Origin: a virus
Length of the DNA stretch: 64,000 nt
IMG/VR virus record: IMGVR_UViG_3300035145_004174
Location: 37,072-101,071 of that record
Direction: 5' to 3' (one strand)
Shown here: one piece after another, positions 10,229 to 20,544 of the stretch
Layout of the letters: each line of letters starts with the position of its first letter
Position numbering within the stretch: position 1 is the first letter of the stretch
Made by a program: the position numbers and the translations under genes
The notes under the pieces: generated by a model
What the model saw: the letters and a program-made list of their open reading frames with translations, nothing else
Told to the model about the DNA's origin: nothing
Databases searched by the model: none

Positions 10229-10699
10229 ATGGCAGGACAAGGATTAGCAAGAGCAGCGGTAGCAGCTGGTAGAGCAATAGGGCCAGCAGTCTCGAAACTT
10301 GGAAAACGGGCAGCTCAAGAGAGCGGAAAATACAGTAAAGCAGGAAAAGAGGCTGGGTCGAATGTAGTATCAAATACTGGTGCTTATGTAGACGACCCTA
10401 GTAGACCTTTTCAAACAGGAAACAAAATTATAGATAATATAGGTAACTTCATTTTTGGAGATAACAGTCCGACAGATGATGATTTTAAACCAGGTGGTAA
10501 ATACAATCCTTTTCCACCAGATCATCCTGCTCCAGGGTCTGGAGATGAAGGAAATCCACCAGGCGGAGAAGGTAAAGATGGAAAAGGCAGCAAAGCCAGT
10601 ATCGCTGCAGCAAAAGAATTACAAAATCAACAAAATTTACCTAAAGGCAGGCAGGACTTCCCAGACATTCCTGCTAGTAGCTGGCCTATGTTTGGATAA
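10229..10699 (+). CDS. Gly/Pro/Ala-rich low-complexity protein (possible virion/internal protein)
   Basis: 156 aa, amphipathic basic N-terminus, G/P-rich middle; first gene of the duplicated module. Confidence 0.6.
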   Translation: MAGQGLARAAVAAGRAIGPAVSKLGKRAAQESGKYSKAGKEAGSNVVSNTGAYVDDPSRPFQTGNKIIDNIGNFIFGDNSPTDDDFKPGGKYNPFPPDHPAPGSGDEGNPPGGEGKDGKGSKASIAAAKELQNQQNLPKGRQDFPDIPASSWPMFG

Positions 10700-10718
10700 T
10701 TTTAAACTATTATAAAAA

Positions 10719-12620
10719 ATGAGTGAAAAAAGAGTATGGACACGTCAAGAGTTAGTTGACCCCTTGGTTGGAGATTTTGATACTTCTCCTTTTCCTATAA
10801 CCCTTGGTGTTGATGGTAATGAATTGCTTCAATCTGAATTTAAAGATTTAACGCCAGAACAAAGACTTGATTCTTTGTATACCACGATGGCGGTAAATCA
10901 TGCGAGAAAATCTTTAGGCTTAGATAGCTTGTATCAATTGCGCATAAATAAAAATCCCGAAGTTATTAACCTTACCGCTGAAGGTGGTAAATTTGTTTAT
11001 GATAATACACCTCAACCAAGAATACTTCTTGTTGTGGGTAAGTCATATACAATCAATACTCCCTCCCCTCATCCTATCGCTTTAGCAGAAGAGCTAGATG
11101 ATAACGGCCAAGGGTTCGTAGAGTATACGGCGGAAGGTATTACTAGAGTTACTCCTAATCAAATCAAGGTAACACCTACGGTTCGTACTCCCAATTTATA
11201 TTATTACTGCACTGCACACGCTAATATGGGAGGAGAAATAGGAGCTACAAATGCTTACACTTTTGAAACTGTTCAGGTTGAAGGATCAGACGGGCTTGTT
11301 GATGATTATTTTATTCGATGGGATCCTTCACAATTTAATAGGCTTTCAGTTGAAGAAGTGGCTATAGACTTAGCAGCTCTAACCTTAGATTCGGATAGTC
11401 AAGTAAGACAAACTTATCTTTCTTTTATTCCTCAAATAGACACTACAACAAACAATAGTTTTGATGCTAGTGTAAATGTTCAAAATTTTAAAGATTCCAT
11501 TGCTAATGACATGGTCTTTTTAGATCAGGAGGATTATTTAGATTTATCAGGAAATACTCTTCTTATGAAATGGACCAACACTGAAGAGCCTATAATTCAA
11601 AACGAATATAGTGATGCCCTTGCTATGAATTCTGGACCTGGGCACAAACCCTATACAGACAACTTAACCACAGAGCAAGCAGCTCAAATAGATACAGGGA
11701 TAAATAGGTATAAAGAAATTATTTCCGAAGGCAAATTACCAGCTAGTAGCTATTTCAATCCTCCAAGAAAACAAGCTAATGACAATCCATCTGCTTTTGA
11801 GGTTGTTGAAACTGCACCTATAGCCGCAAGATCGTACTTGCATCAATGTTATGAACTTTGCAACTGGAATGAGATTTACCAACCAGCAGACGGAATCTTC
11901 TTTGATAGTATATTTTTGTTTTTAAATATCAAAGACCCAGCCTATGGAATATCTGCGGATGGTAGTGGTTGCCAAGACTACATGGAACCCAGACAGAAAG
12001 TTAGAATTGCTAGGGTGTTAACCGAAAAAGGGATTTTCAGTAAACGTAGAAATGTAGAGTTTACAATGGAGGATCAGCCTCGTGGTTCTCTTTTTATGGG
12101 AGATTGTGTGGTTTCAGTTCCTACGGCATATGTTTCGCCTAGATATGATATATTTCCTAGGTTTGATATGTTTTGTTATGGCGAAAACAACCACAAGTTT
12201 GAAAATAATCCAAATTTAAAGTATAGAGTAAAGCACGATTTAGAACAAAAAGATGGTAACATATCCCTTACTGAAGAGCAGCTTCAAGAAATGAGTGATA
12301 ATGCGGTTTGGTCGGCAGTTCAAGATTTGCCCTCCGCTTTTTCCCAAGACCATTTTAAGCTTAGAGGTACAGATGGAATCACAAAAATTAGTGTGTTTAA
12401 AAGAGGCGTTAATATTAACACATCTAATGTTGGTTACAAATCTGCTACTTTTAGTGCTGGGACAGCGCAGCAAACATATTGGGTTCTTGATCCAGCATTA
12501 ACATTGAACTTAGATCTTTTTAATCATGGGGTAAAAAGAATGTTCATTTTAGACGAAACTGGTTATGATCTAAATTCATCCGCTCAATCTTTTGAAAACT
12601 TATATTCTTATAAAGTTTAA
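10719..12620 (+). CDS. putative virion protein with a cupredoxin-like insert
   Basis: Acidic 633 aa; HPIAL...PNLYYYCTAHANMGG motif as seen in marine phage structural proteins; paralog of 13866..15941. Confidence 0.6.
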   Translation: MSEKRVWTRQELVDPLVGDFDTSPFPITLGVDGNELLQSEFKDLTPEQRLDSLYTTMAVNHARKSLGLDSLYQLRINKNPEVINLTAEGGKFVYDNTPQPRILLVVGKSYTINTPSPHPIALAEELDDNGQGFVEYTAEGITRVTPNQIKVTPTVRTPNLYYYCTAHANMGGEIGATNAYTFETVQVEGSDGLVDDYFIRWDPSQFNRLSVEEVAIDLAALTLDSDSQVRQTYLSFIPQIDTTTNNSFDASVNVQNFKDSIANDMVFLDQEDYLDLSGNTLLMKWTNTEEPIIQNEYSDALAMNSGPGHKPYTDNLTTEQAAQIDTGINRYKEIISEGKLPASSYFNPPRKQANDNPSAFEVVETAPIAARSYLHQCYELCNWNEIYQPADGIFFDSIFLFLNIKDPAYGISADGSGCQDYMEPRQKVRIARVLTEKGIFSKRRNVEFTMEDQPRGSLFMGDCVVSVPTAYVSPRYDIFPRFDMFCYGENNHKFENNPNLKYRVKHDLEQKDGNISLTEEQLQEMSDNAVWSAVQDLPSAFSQDHFKLRGTDGITKISVFKRGVNINTSNVGYKSATFSAGTAQQTYWVLDPALTLNLDLFNHGVKRMFILDETGYDLNSSAQSFENLYSYKV

Positions 12621-12662
12621 TTTTAAAAATTAAAAATAAATCCAAAACGAAAAGGAAAAATC

Positions 12663-13841
12663 ATGAAAGCACAAAGCTCATTAGTATCAAGTAACATAAG
12701 TCAAGCAATGCTTGCTAGTTCTAAGAAAGAAGCTAGATTTGCAGGGGGAACTACATCCAGATCTATGAATGGTAGCGATACTGACCGACTTCCCAGGGGA
12801 GCAAAAGTTTATCATCAAGGCACTATACCAAATGACAGCGCTTATACTAAAGCCCTCCAAGATTCCGTTGAAAGTAGTGTCAATCGAATAATGCATCCTC
12901 AAGTCGGAGAAGGCGGAGGTCCTGGTGCGGTAAAAAGCTGGAGAAATCAAAAAGATGATGCTGGTTATCCAAAAAATGACAGTGATATTCCCGAAGATTG
13001 GGAAGAGCAATATCACAAGGACTTTCCTACACCTGGCGGACAAGACTGGCCTCAACAACCCAATCCTCCCGCTAGCAACACTGGAGCGAAAGGTCATTCA
13101 GGAAGTTCAAGTAGCCATGCAGCTGCTGCAGGGGGGCAAGGGGGCACGCTTCCTGATTTCGTTAGTGGGCCAAGTGTTTCTCCTGGGTTAGGCTCAGGGG
13201 CTGGGGGGCCTGTTTTTAAATCTCAGTCTAATACTGGCTCAGAAGAAGATGCTCCCGTCAATCAAATTGTGAACGCTCTTGATACAAGCAGTAAGCCAGC
13301 ATTACTCAACAGTATTGAAAATAGTCTTAAAAGTAAACTACGACCAACTGGAGAAATAATTGATTCTCCTCGGGGGCAAGTAATAGGAGTGGCTCTAGAT
13401 AAATTAGGCGGAAAAGATACTGTTATATTCCCTTCTAAACCTAGCAAGGGTGTTACTAAGACAGATAAATTAGTAAAGAAAGGTGTACTTTTACAAGCTC
13501 CCACTTCAGGTAAAACAGTTAAAACTTATGTGGCTTTATCTGACCCTAAAGGCTCGGATATGCCTAAAGTTTGTGGGTGCAAAGCGTTAGCGCCTCTTGC
13601 TTTGTCCAAAAAAAGACCCCAGAAAGGCCAAACTCATCAGGTTATTGATGGCGATAAATATAAAAATATGAGCAAGTTTTCCCTTCAAAAACCTTCAGGA
13701 ATACATAAGCCTTCTGGCCCTGTTTTTGATAGCGTAGTTAAAGGTTCTTCAAAAAGACCCAAGAATCACCAAGTTACCGTCGCGACTGTTTCGGTCAACG
13801 GTGGTAGAACTTACAATACTCTTGCTTACAAAGTCGATTAA
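12663..13841 (+). CDS. Gly/Ser/Pro-rich protein with basic C-terminal half (possible virion/internal protein)
   Basis: 392 aa low-complexity ORF with an AAAGGA RBS; occupies the same module position as 10229..10699. Confidence 0.6.
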   Translation: MKAQSSLVSSNISQAMLASSKKEARFAGGTTSRSMNGSDTDRLPRGAKVYHQGTIPNDSAYTKALQDSVESSVNRIMHPQVGEGGGPGAVKSWRNQKDDAGYPKNDSDIPEDWEEQYHKDFPTPGGQDWPQQPNPPASNTGAKGHSGSSSSHAAAAGGQGGTLPDFVSGPSVSPGLGSGAGGPVFKSQSNTGSEEDAPVNQIVNALDTSSKPALLNSIENSLKSKLRPTGEIIDSPRGQVIGVALDKLGGKDTVIFPSKPSKGVTKTDKLVKKGVLLQAPTSGKTVKTYVALSDPKGSDMPKVCGCKALAPLALSKKRPQKGQTHQVIDGDKYKNMSKFSLQKPSGIHKPSGPVFDSVVKGSSKRPKNHQVTVATVSVNGGRTYNTLAYKVD

Positions 13842-13865
13842 TAATTTAAATAAATTTAAAATAAA

Positions 13866-15941
13866 ATGAGAACATTAGAATTCCCAGAAAGCGAAAAAAA
13901 TGTAGATAGAACTGAAAAATTGACAGTTCAAAAAAGACTGAGTGATGATATAGGCAAATTTGATTACTCTCCCTATCCTATAACAATAGGGTTGGATGGC
14001 GATGAAATTGATGAAGCAGCATTCGCCTTACTTACAGAAGAACAGAGAAAGCAAGCTATATATTTAACTATGGCAGTAAATTATGCTAGAAAAAAATTAA
14101 ATATAGATGACTTGGAAGATCAAAGAAAAAACGCTAATACCACAATATATGTACTTGGTGGAAATCCTTCAGACTCTAGCTTTACTTGGACCAAGTATGA
14201 AACCAACCACTATGGGGATAAATTAGGAGATGGACAAGTTATTACTGCCGATGCAACCAATCCATTGGAATTTACGGTTGGTAAAAGGTATGTTTTTGAG
14301 GTTTCAGCGACAGAAGAGCTAGGTTTTTATCTAGATCCTAATGACAAAGCTGGTTCAGAGTTCTGGGATTCAGAAGTCCTTACTGATAGTGATGGTCAAT
14401 TTGACGAGCCAGAAATGAGAGAAAATTTACCCGCAGGATGGGAGCAAATAGTTTTTGAGCCTAATGAACTTACTCCTAATTTATATATTTGGTCACAGGC
14501 TAATTCTAATAAAGATGTTGCTATAAATATATTTTTGCCTATAGACGAAGGTGATGATACTATCAAGCATACTCCTAGCGAATTTAACTTATTAAGTAAA
14601 GAGGCTGTTGGTTTCGAGCTAGATGAAACGGTTGATCTTGATGCACTTGATGACACTAATGATCCAACAGGGCTATTAAGATATTTTGCGACAATAAAGA
14701 ATGATCTTCCTTATTTCCCATTAGTTACCGATAATGGAGATGGTAGTTTTGACATGGATGTTGATATTACAAATTTCATAACTGCCGTTGAAAAAGGAGA
14801 AATTTTACTTGATTATGAAGACTGGATCGATCCAATAGGCAATAATTGTTTTGCTAAAGTTATGGAGCGTCCCGCTGGAGATACACTCGCTTATATTTTT
14901 GGTTCTAACCACTTGCCGTTTACCGATGGCATGAGTGCTGAAACTATTGCTGCGATCACTAAAGCTAGAGATGATTATTTTCTTGAATTAAAAAAAGGAC
15001 GTCTTCCAATGAGTGGATATTTTAATCCTGTAAGGAGGAAGATGAACCCTGATGACGCTGATAGTCTTCCCATTATTCCAGAACAATCTCTTGCCTCTAG
15101 AGCCCCCAGCCATTCATTTTTTGAATTATCTAATTGGGGAGAGGAATATGTTGGAGTTGAAGGTGTTTATTTTGATGACATTTTTAGCTTATTAAATATT
15201 AAAGATCTGGGCTATGGGATTTCTGACGATGGATCTGGCGGACAAAACTTAATGCTTGCTAATCAAAGATCTAGAAGTTGCAGGGTTGTTGGCGATAATG
15301 GAATGATGGTAGATGTGGCTGAATACTTTTTTCACCATGCTACTCAACCAAGAGGTGGTCTTTATTTTGGTGAGTTTGTTGTTGCTCCTCCTAGGAGTTA
15401 TATTCCTATTAGGTATAAAGCTGTACCAAGACTTGATCTTTTTTGTTTTGGCGATATTGCATCTAATTTAACTCTAGACTCTCAGTGGTCAAATGATTCA
15501 TCTTGGACTCAACTTGCAAAACTTGGAGAAATTGGATGTAATGTAAATTTAAGATACAGAATATATCATGATTTACTGCAAATTAATCCTGATTTTGAAC
15601 TTTCTGATTTAGATAGCGTCATAAATTTAATTGAAATTAATTCTGATACTTTTAGTACTTCTAAATCTTTTGATTCTGCAACCAGTTCTCATAATTTTGG
15701 ATTCAGAATGAAAGACGGAAAAACTGTTCGTCCTCTTTTCAAAAAAGGCGGCTCTAGTGTCTCAGTGCCTCAATACAAAGAGGCCATCTTAAATTACCAA
15801 GACGAGGTTAGAACATATTGGATTCTTGATGCTGTAATAGATAAACCCGTATTAAAAATTCCATATTTAAAAAAATATGTTATTTCTCCAAATGGAATAA
15901 GCTCAGACGAATCAGCTTCATCCATTACTTTTGTAGTATAA
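13866..15941 (+). CDS. putative virion protein, paralog of 10719..12620
   Basis: Shared blocks FDxSPxPITxGxDG, TMAVNxARK, LPxSxYFNP, LNIKDxxYGISxDGSG, QPRGxL, PRxDxFCxG. Confidence 0.65.
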   Translation: MRTLEFPESEKNVDRTEKLTVQKRLSDDIGKFDYSPYPITIGLDGDEIDEAAFALLTEEQRKQAIYLTMAVNYARKKLNIDDLEDQRKNANTTIYVLGGNPSDSSFTWTKYETNHYGDKLGDGQVITADATNPLEFTVGKRYVFEVSATEELGFYLDPNDKAGSEFWDSEVLTDSDGQFDEPEMRENLPAGWEQIVFEPNELTPNLYIWSQANSNKDVAINIFLPIDEGDDTIKHTPSEFNLLSKEAVGFELDETVDLDALDDTNDPTGLLRYFATIKNDLPYFPLVTDNGDGSFDMDVDITNFITAVEKGEILLDYEDWIDPIGNNCFAKVMERPAGDTLAYIFGSNHLPFTDGMSAETIAAITKARDDYFLELKKGRLPMSGYFNPVRRKMNPDDADSLPIIPEQSLASRAPSHSFFELSNWGEEYVGVEGVYFDDIFSLLNIKDLGYGISDDGSGGQNLMLANQRSRSCRVVGDNGMMVDVAEYFFHHATQPRGGLYFGEFVVAPPRSYIPIRYKAVPRLDLFCFGDIASNLTLDSQWSNDSSWTQLAKLGEIGCNVNLRYRIYHDLLQINPDFELSDLDSVINLIEINSDTFSTSKSFDSATSSHNFGFRMKDGKTVRPLFKKGGSSVSVPQYKEAILNYQDEVRTYWILDAVIDKPVLKIPYLKKYVISPNGISSDESASSITFVV

Positions 15942-16084
15942 TATATTATTTAACTTGACAAAGCTAAAAGCTTTGCCTTGATCTTTCCTTTCTTTTAGTT
16001 AGGATTATTTCGTGAAACAAAATTTTTTTTTTGAAAGCTTTTGTAAAAAGTTCGAATACTGATAAGCCACCTTTAAATTAGAAC

Positions 16085-16981
16085 ATGGACACGATTGTAA
16101 CTATAGCAATATGCACGAGTAATAATTATAATACCTGCGCGCGTCTATTAAATAGTCTTTTTGTACAGGATTTCAATGGTTTTAATGTTATCATACAAGA
16201 TAACACTCCAGCGCATCAAAAAGATACAGGCTTCATTAAAAAACTTATAAAAGATAAACTAAATTATAAGTATATTTATAAAAATTATGGAAACTCTTGT
16301 AGTTCTAGAAATTTATGCATCAAAAAATGCAAAACTAAATACATACATTTTCTTGACGACGATGTCATTTGCCCAAAAAATTTCTGCAAAAATTTATCAT
16401 CTTTTCTGTATGAATTTTCGCCTTCCGCCGTGGGTAGCAAAGTAATCCCTGACTGGAATGGCCTTCAGAGGCCAGAATGGATGTCTATTTACTGTTTGTC
16501 TTTAATGTCAATGATTGACCATGGCTCAGAGGTAATAAAGGTCGACAACAAGACAAGAAGCCCTCTTATAATAGGAGCTAGTATTTGCTTTTTAACTTCT
16601 GCTCTCAAAAAGTTTGGCGGTTTTACCGAATCGCTAGGCAGAAATAGTTGGAACGAATCTTTAATAAGTAATGATGAAACTCAAGTTATCTCAAAAATGC
16701 TTGATTCAAACTTAGATGTTTATTATGCCCCTAATTTTCCAGTCTACCATTTGGTTCACGAGGATAGGCTAAAAAAAAGTTGGATAATAAAAAGGTCTGC
16801 TTGGCAAGCGGTTTCAGATATCATTTCTAATGACACATCTTTTTACGAAAGTTTTAAAAAAAAATCTTTTATAGAGTCTTGTTATATATCTATTTTTACT
16901 GGCAGGCTTTCAAATATAGAAGAGCTTTCTAGAAAAGTTAGAATTTTGACATACTTCCTTCTATCTGGTATTATAAAATAA
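16085..16981 (+). CDS. GT2-family glycosyltransferase
   Basis: VTIAICT, IIQDN, SRN, FLDDD, GGF..LGR, NDET. Confidence 0.85.
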   Translation: MDTIVTIAICTSNNYNTCARLLNSLFVQDFNGFNVIIQDNTPAHQKDTGFIKKLIKDKLNYKYIYKNYGNSCSSRNLCIKKCKTKYIHFLDDDVICPKNFCKNLSSFLYEFSPSAVGSKVIPDWNGLQRPEWMSIYCLSLMSMIDHGSEVIKVDNKTRSPLIIGASICFLTSALKKFGGFTESLGRNSWNESLISNDETQVISKMLDSNLDVYYAPNFPVYHLVHEDRLKKSWIIKRSAWQAVSDIISNDTSFYESFKKKSFIESCYISIFTGRLSNIEELSRKVRILTYFLLSGIIK

Positions 16982-16983
16982 CT

Positions 16984-17895
16984 ATGAAAAAAAATATAAT
17001 CTTATGCTTTCGTCACCAAGCGTTTTTTAATGGTAAAATTGACTCAACTTTTTACGGTATTGGAGATATAATGAAATCATTTTTATCAGCCTACTTGTTT
17101 TGCAAGCAAAATAATTTTAATTTTTTTGTTAATTTTGACGGACATTGCCTTAAATCTTTTTTAAATTTTAAAAAAAATGATTTTAGGTTACATTTTAAAA
17201 ACAAAAAAATTCCTAAAAATGTTCCCTTTATTAAAGGCTCTGATTTTTTTGGTTATATTGAAGATTATGCGGGCAACGATGTCTTTTTAACAACTGATGG
17301 TAATAATTTATTTAATTTTCACTACGAGGATGAAGTTTTGCATGATTTTGAGGAGACTTTCTTTTCTAGCCCTAAAATAAAAAGCATTTATGAATCTAAT
17401 TTTTCAGGTTGCAAAAAAGTTTTTCATGCTAGATTGGGCGATGGGAATATGGTTTCAGATAATTTTTTGAATGATTTTTATTTAAGAGATTTTAAACATC
17501 AATATTCTTCTGCCGATTGGTATAATTCTATAAGCTTTGACGATCTATACCCTTTTATTTTAAAGAACTTCAAAGTAGAAATAAGTTCTTGCGACTATAT
17601 CTCATCTGACCATCTTTCCTTCAAGAAGTTAGTTTCTTCTAATTTTGATATTAAATTCACAGATTCTGAACCAGTTCATCTCGGCATAAAAACTCCATCT
17701 AAAAATTTGATAAGTACATTATGCGATTTATATTCAATCTTCTATTCCGATGGGGGTGTTTCAATATCACAATATCCTTTCTCAGAAAGACCTTCGGGGT
17801 TTGTTTATTGGATAGATAAAGTATTTTTAAAAGATTATAAATATTATGCTGTAGATTGGCTTTACAAAGGTATAAAACCAATTAATTCCTTTTAG
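16984..17895 (+). CDS. fucosyltransferase-like (NodZ/GT11/GT23-type) protein
   Basis: YGIGD N-terminal motif, FHARLGD motif I, ISSD, CDLY...SGF. Confidence 0.55.
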   Translation: MKKNIILCFRHQAFFNGKIDSTFYGIGDIMKSFLSAYLFCKQNNFNFFVNFDGHCLKSFLNFKKNDFRLHFKNKKIPKNVPFIKGSDFFGYIEDYAGNDVFLTTDGNNLFNFHYEDEVLHDFEETFFSSPKIKSIYESNFSGCKKVFHARLGDGNMVSDNFLNDFYLRDFKHQYSSADWYNSISFDDLYPFILKNFKVEISSCDYISSDHLSFKKLVSSNFDIKFTDSEPVHLGIKTPSKNLISTLCDLYSIFYSDGGVSISQYPFSERPSGFVYWIDKVFLKDYKYYAVDWLYKGIKPINSF

Positions 17896-18859
17896 TTTTT
17901 TTTCTTGTTAGATGTCCCTTTATAGACCTTACTGATTTAAGCGGGACCTTTGTTGTTTTAGCTACATCTATACAAGAAGCTCCTTTTTTTAACATTCTGG
18001 TAGCTTTTTTTACATCTCTAGGTTTTTTGATTAACCAAGATAATTTATTTTTTATTATACAGCTTGCCACCTGCTTGGTCTCAAATTTATTAGAAAACAA
18101 CCTTCGATTTATTTCTTTCGGTGAAAATGTATTTGGGTTTAAATATAATGTTTTTTTTATTAATTCTTTATCTTCTTTTTTTATGAATATGTGAGATTTT
18201 TCAAAAAAATTTTTAATTGCAATTTTTCCTTGGCTTACTTTGTCGTAGGATTCGTCTTTTAATGTAGCTCCGTTGAAATAAGACCTCACATTAGCTTTAA
18301 TATCTGAAAAGTATTGCGATATTCTTTGATGCGTCAACCCCATCTGTTTAGCTACTTCTTCTCTGGTTAAGCCTTTTTCTAACAACTCAAATACTTTTTT
18401 CTCTTTTGAGTTAAGTATTGATGAATATTCTTTTATTATTTTTAGTAGAGATTCATGTTTATCTTTTTTATCAAATTCAAAATCGTCATCAATCCCCGTT
18501 GTGTTAATTATGTTTTCGTAAACACTAATCATTTCTCCATCCTCATTGTAAACAGAACCATCAACTCTTCTTTTTACATATGATTTATTTGATTTTATTT
18601 GATGAGACCATTTTATCAAATTTCTTGCATGCACAAATGCAGATATTTTAAAATTATTTTGATTAAATTCTCTTTCTCTTTTATTATATTCTATAATTGA
18701 ATCTCTTTTTTTTATTAAATCCATATTTATTTCGCTCACTAACTCTTCGTGAGTCATTATATGGTTCTTGTATCTATATTTTCCGATTATTTTAGCTAGG
18801 TCTTCTTGGAATAGTTCGAGCCAAGAATTATAATTTTCAATATCTTTTTTTGTAACCAT
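17882..18859 (-). CDS. sigma-70-like factor with region-4 HTH and an extra C-terminal HTH
   Basis: LNSKEKKVFELLEKGLTREEVAKQMGLTHQRISQ; region-2-like N-terminus; second HTH KGASCIDVAKTTKVPLKSV; paralog of 19879..20544. Confidence 0.65.
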   Translation of the reverse strand: MVTKKDIENYNSWLELFQEDLAKIIGKYRYKNHIMTHEELVSEINMDLIKKRDSIIEYNKREREFNQNNFKISAFVHARNLIKWSHQIKSNKSYVKRRVDGSVYNEDGEMISVYENIINTTGIDDDFEFDKKDKHESLLKIIKEYSSILNSKEKKVFELLEKGLTREEVAKQMGLTHQRISQYFSDIKANVRSYFNGATLKDESYDKVSQGKIAIKNFFEKSHIFIKKEDKELIKKTLYLNPNTFSPKEINRRLFSNKFETKQVASCIIKNKLSWLIKKPRDVKKATRMLKKGASCIDVAKTTKVPLKSVRSIKGHLTRKKTKRN

Positions 18860-19892
18860 TATTTATTAAATGGAGTTTTAAATGGGCTAGGGTACTCCTT
18901 CTCCCAATTAATTTCTTGTTTGCTTTGTTGCATATATTTTTTTAATAAAGATTTTTTTATTTTTAAATAATCTGCCGCTTTAGATCTAACATTATTACAG
19001 TTATTTAAAGCATGTTTTATTATAGGTATCCAATGTTTTAATTTTTCTTCTCTTTTTCTTGTTTTAGCTTTTTTTAAATTTTTATTTTTTTTTTCTCTTG
19101 TTCTTCTGTCAAACAGAAAGGTTTTATTCCTTGCTCTGCCCTCTTTTTCATAACTTTTTTTTGAATTTCAGACCTTTGCTCTTTAGAGATTTTAGGTAAA
19201 ACTCTTTCGTAAGGAAAGTTTTCATTCCACCAGCTCAAGGGGTGGATTCTTTTCATTACCTTGTATAACTGAGTTCTTCCCATGTTTAAAGATAATGAAG
19301 CAGCCTTTCTGTTGTTTTTAGAAATTTCTAAAGCTTCTATTATTCTTTTTTCGGTTCGGAGCATTTCTTCTTTGTCCCAATCTATCCATTTTGCCCCATT
19401 CCATTTTTTTCCAATTCTTTTTTCTATAGCTAAATGCTTTCCTTTTCTGTGTATAGTTGAATAGTTGTTTGGCCCACTCTTAAACCCTATTGTTTCCAAG
19501 TGTTCGTAGTTTGTTTTGTTGAACCTGTTAGAGTAACCTTTTGGTCTTTGGGTTTCGTATTTAAATAAAAAATCATTTTCATTTGGGTATGCACATTTCT
19601 TAATTTGATCCCAATCCTCTAAGTCTAACCTTCTTGATATCCCTTCTCCTATTAATCTTTTATAATCTTTATGAAGCATAAAACCTTGCAAGGATTTAAT
19701 CTTCACACCACCTTCAAGCAATTTACTCTTAAGGATATTTTTGGCTAAATCATAAGATTTAGATTTTATAAATGTTTTATAATCTTTTTCTGATTTATCT
19801 CGGTATATTTCTGTATAAGATATTATCCAATATTGATCAAAATTAAAAACAGTATTCCTAAATTGTTTTTGACAATATTTACCTTTTTTCAT
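18859..19892 (-). CDS. domain-X protein with two Fis-type HTHs, interrupted by a -1 frameshift at an A10 tract (19085-19094)
   Basis: The 0-frame ends at 19074 after ALEISKNNRKAASLSLNMGRTQLYK. The -1 frame continues NLKKAKTRK...IKHALNNCNNVRSKAADYLKIKKSLL...INWEKEYPSPFKTPFNK* and stops in a TAATG overlap with the ATG at 18859. Confidence 0.7.
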
Positions 19893-20544
19893 TTGAAAAT
19901 AACTCTTCCATTGCATTATTTCCTATAGATATATTCTCCCAAGATTCGTCTTGAAGATAATCATCTTTTACTCTGCATCTTAATTTGTCTTCTAATCTAA
20001 TTATGTTAAAGCTTACAGCTTGATGGGTAACTCCTAAAATTTCAGATATTTCCACCTGTTTATACCCCTCTAAAATTAGGTCTATTAATTGAATTTCATT
20101 TTTAGTTAAGAATTCTGAGTAATTTTTAATTAATTTTAAAAAATATTCATGTTTAGAGTTTTTATCAAAATCGAAATCTGATTCTATACCTTTTGTATGT
20201 TCTAAAGATTCGAATGTACTTACTTGCCCTCTATAGGTTTTTATTGAATAATCATCTCTGTTTGTGTAAAACTTTTCTTGTTTTTTTCTGCATTGATACC
20301 ATCCAATTGCATTTTTTATGTAACAACAAACTTGAAATCTAAAAGATTCGAAATTGAACTCATCAAAAAAATCATTCCTGAAGTTTATTATTGCATCTTT
20401 CTTTTTTATTAGGGCTAAATTTAAATCGCTAGCAATCTCTTCTACCGACATTAAGTGATTGTGCCTTCTTTTAGAAGCTATCAAACTTAAAATATCATTT
20501 TGAAATTCTGATAAGTACTTGTAAAATTTATCTTCTTGGGTCAT
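19879..20544 (-). CDS. sigma-70-like factor
   Basis: LTKNEIQLIDLILEGYKQVEISEILGVTHQAVS region-4 HTH; FQNDIL..HNHLMSVEEIASDLN shared with 17882..18859. Confidence 0.65.
   Translation of the reverse strand: MTQEDKFYKYLSEFQNDILSLIASKRRHNHLMSVEEIASDLNLALIKKKDAIINFRNDFFDEFNFESFRFQVCCYIKNAIGWYQCRKKQEKFYTNRDDYSIKTYRGQVSTFESLEHTKGIESDFDFDKNSKHEYFLKLIKNYSEFLTKNEIQLIDLILEGYKQVEISEILGVTHQAVSFNIIRLEDKLRCRVKDDYLQDESWENISIGNNAMEELFSNEKR

Noticed and set aside
455-14656. Short antisense or alternate-frame ORFs inside dnaE, clpC and the structural genes
   Set aside because: Shadow ORFs of well-supported genes, with no motifs or start signals.
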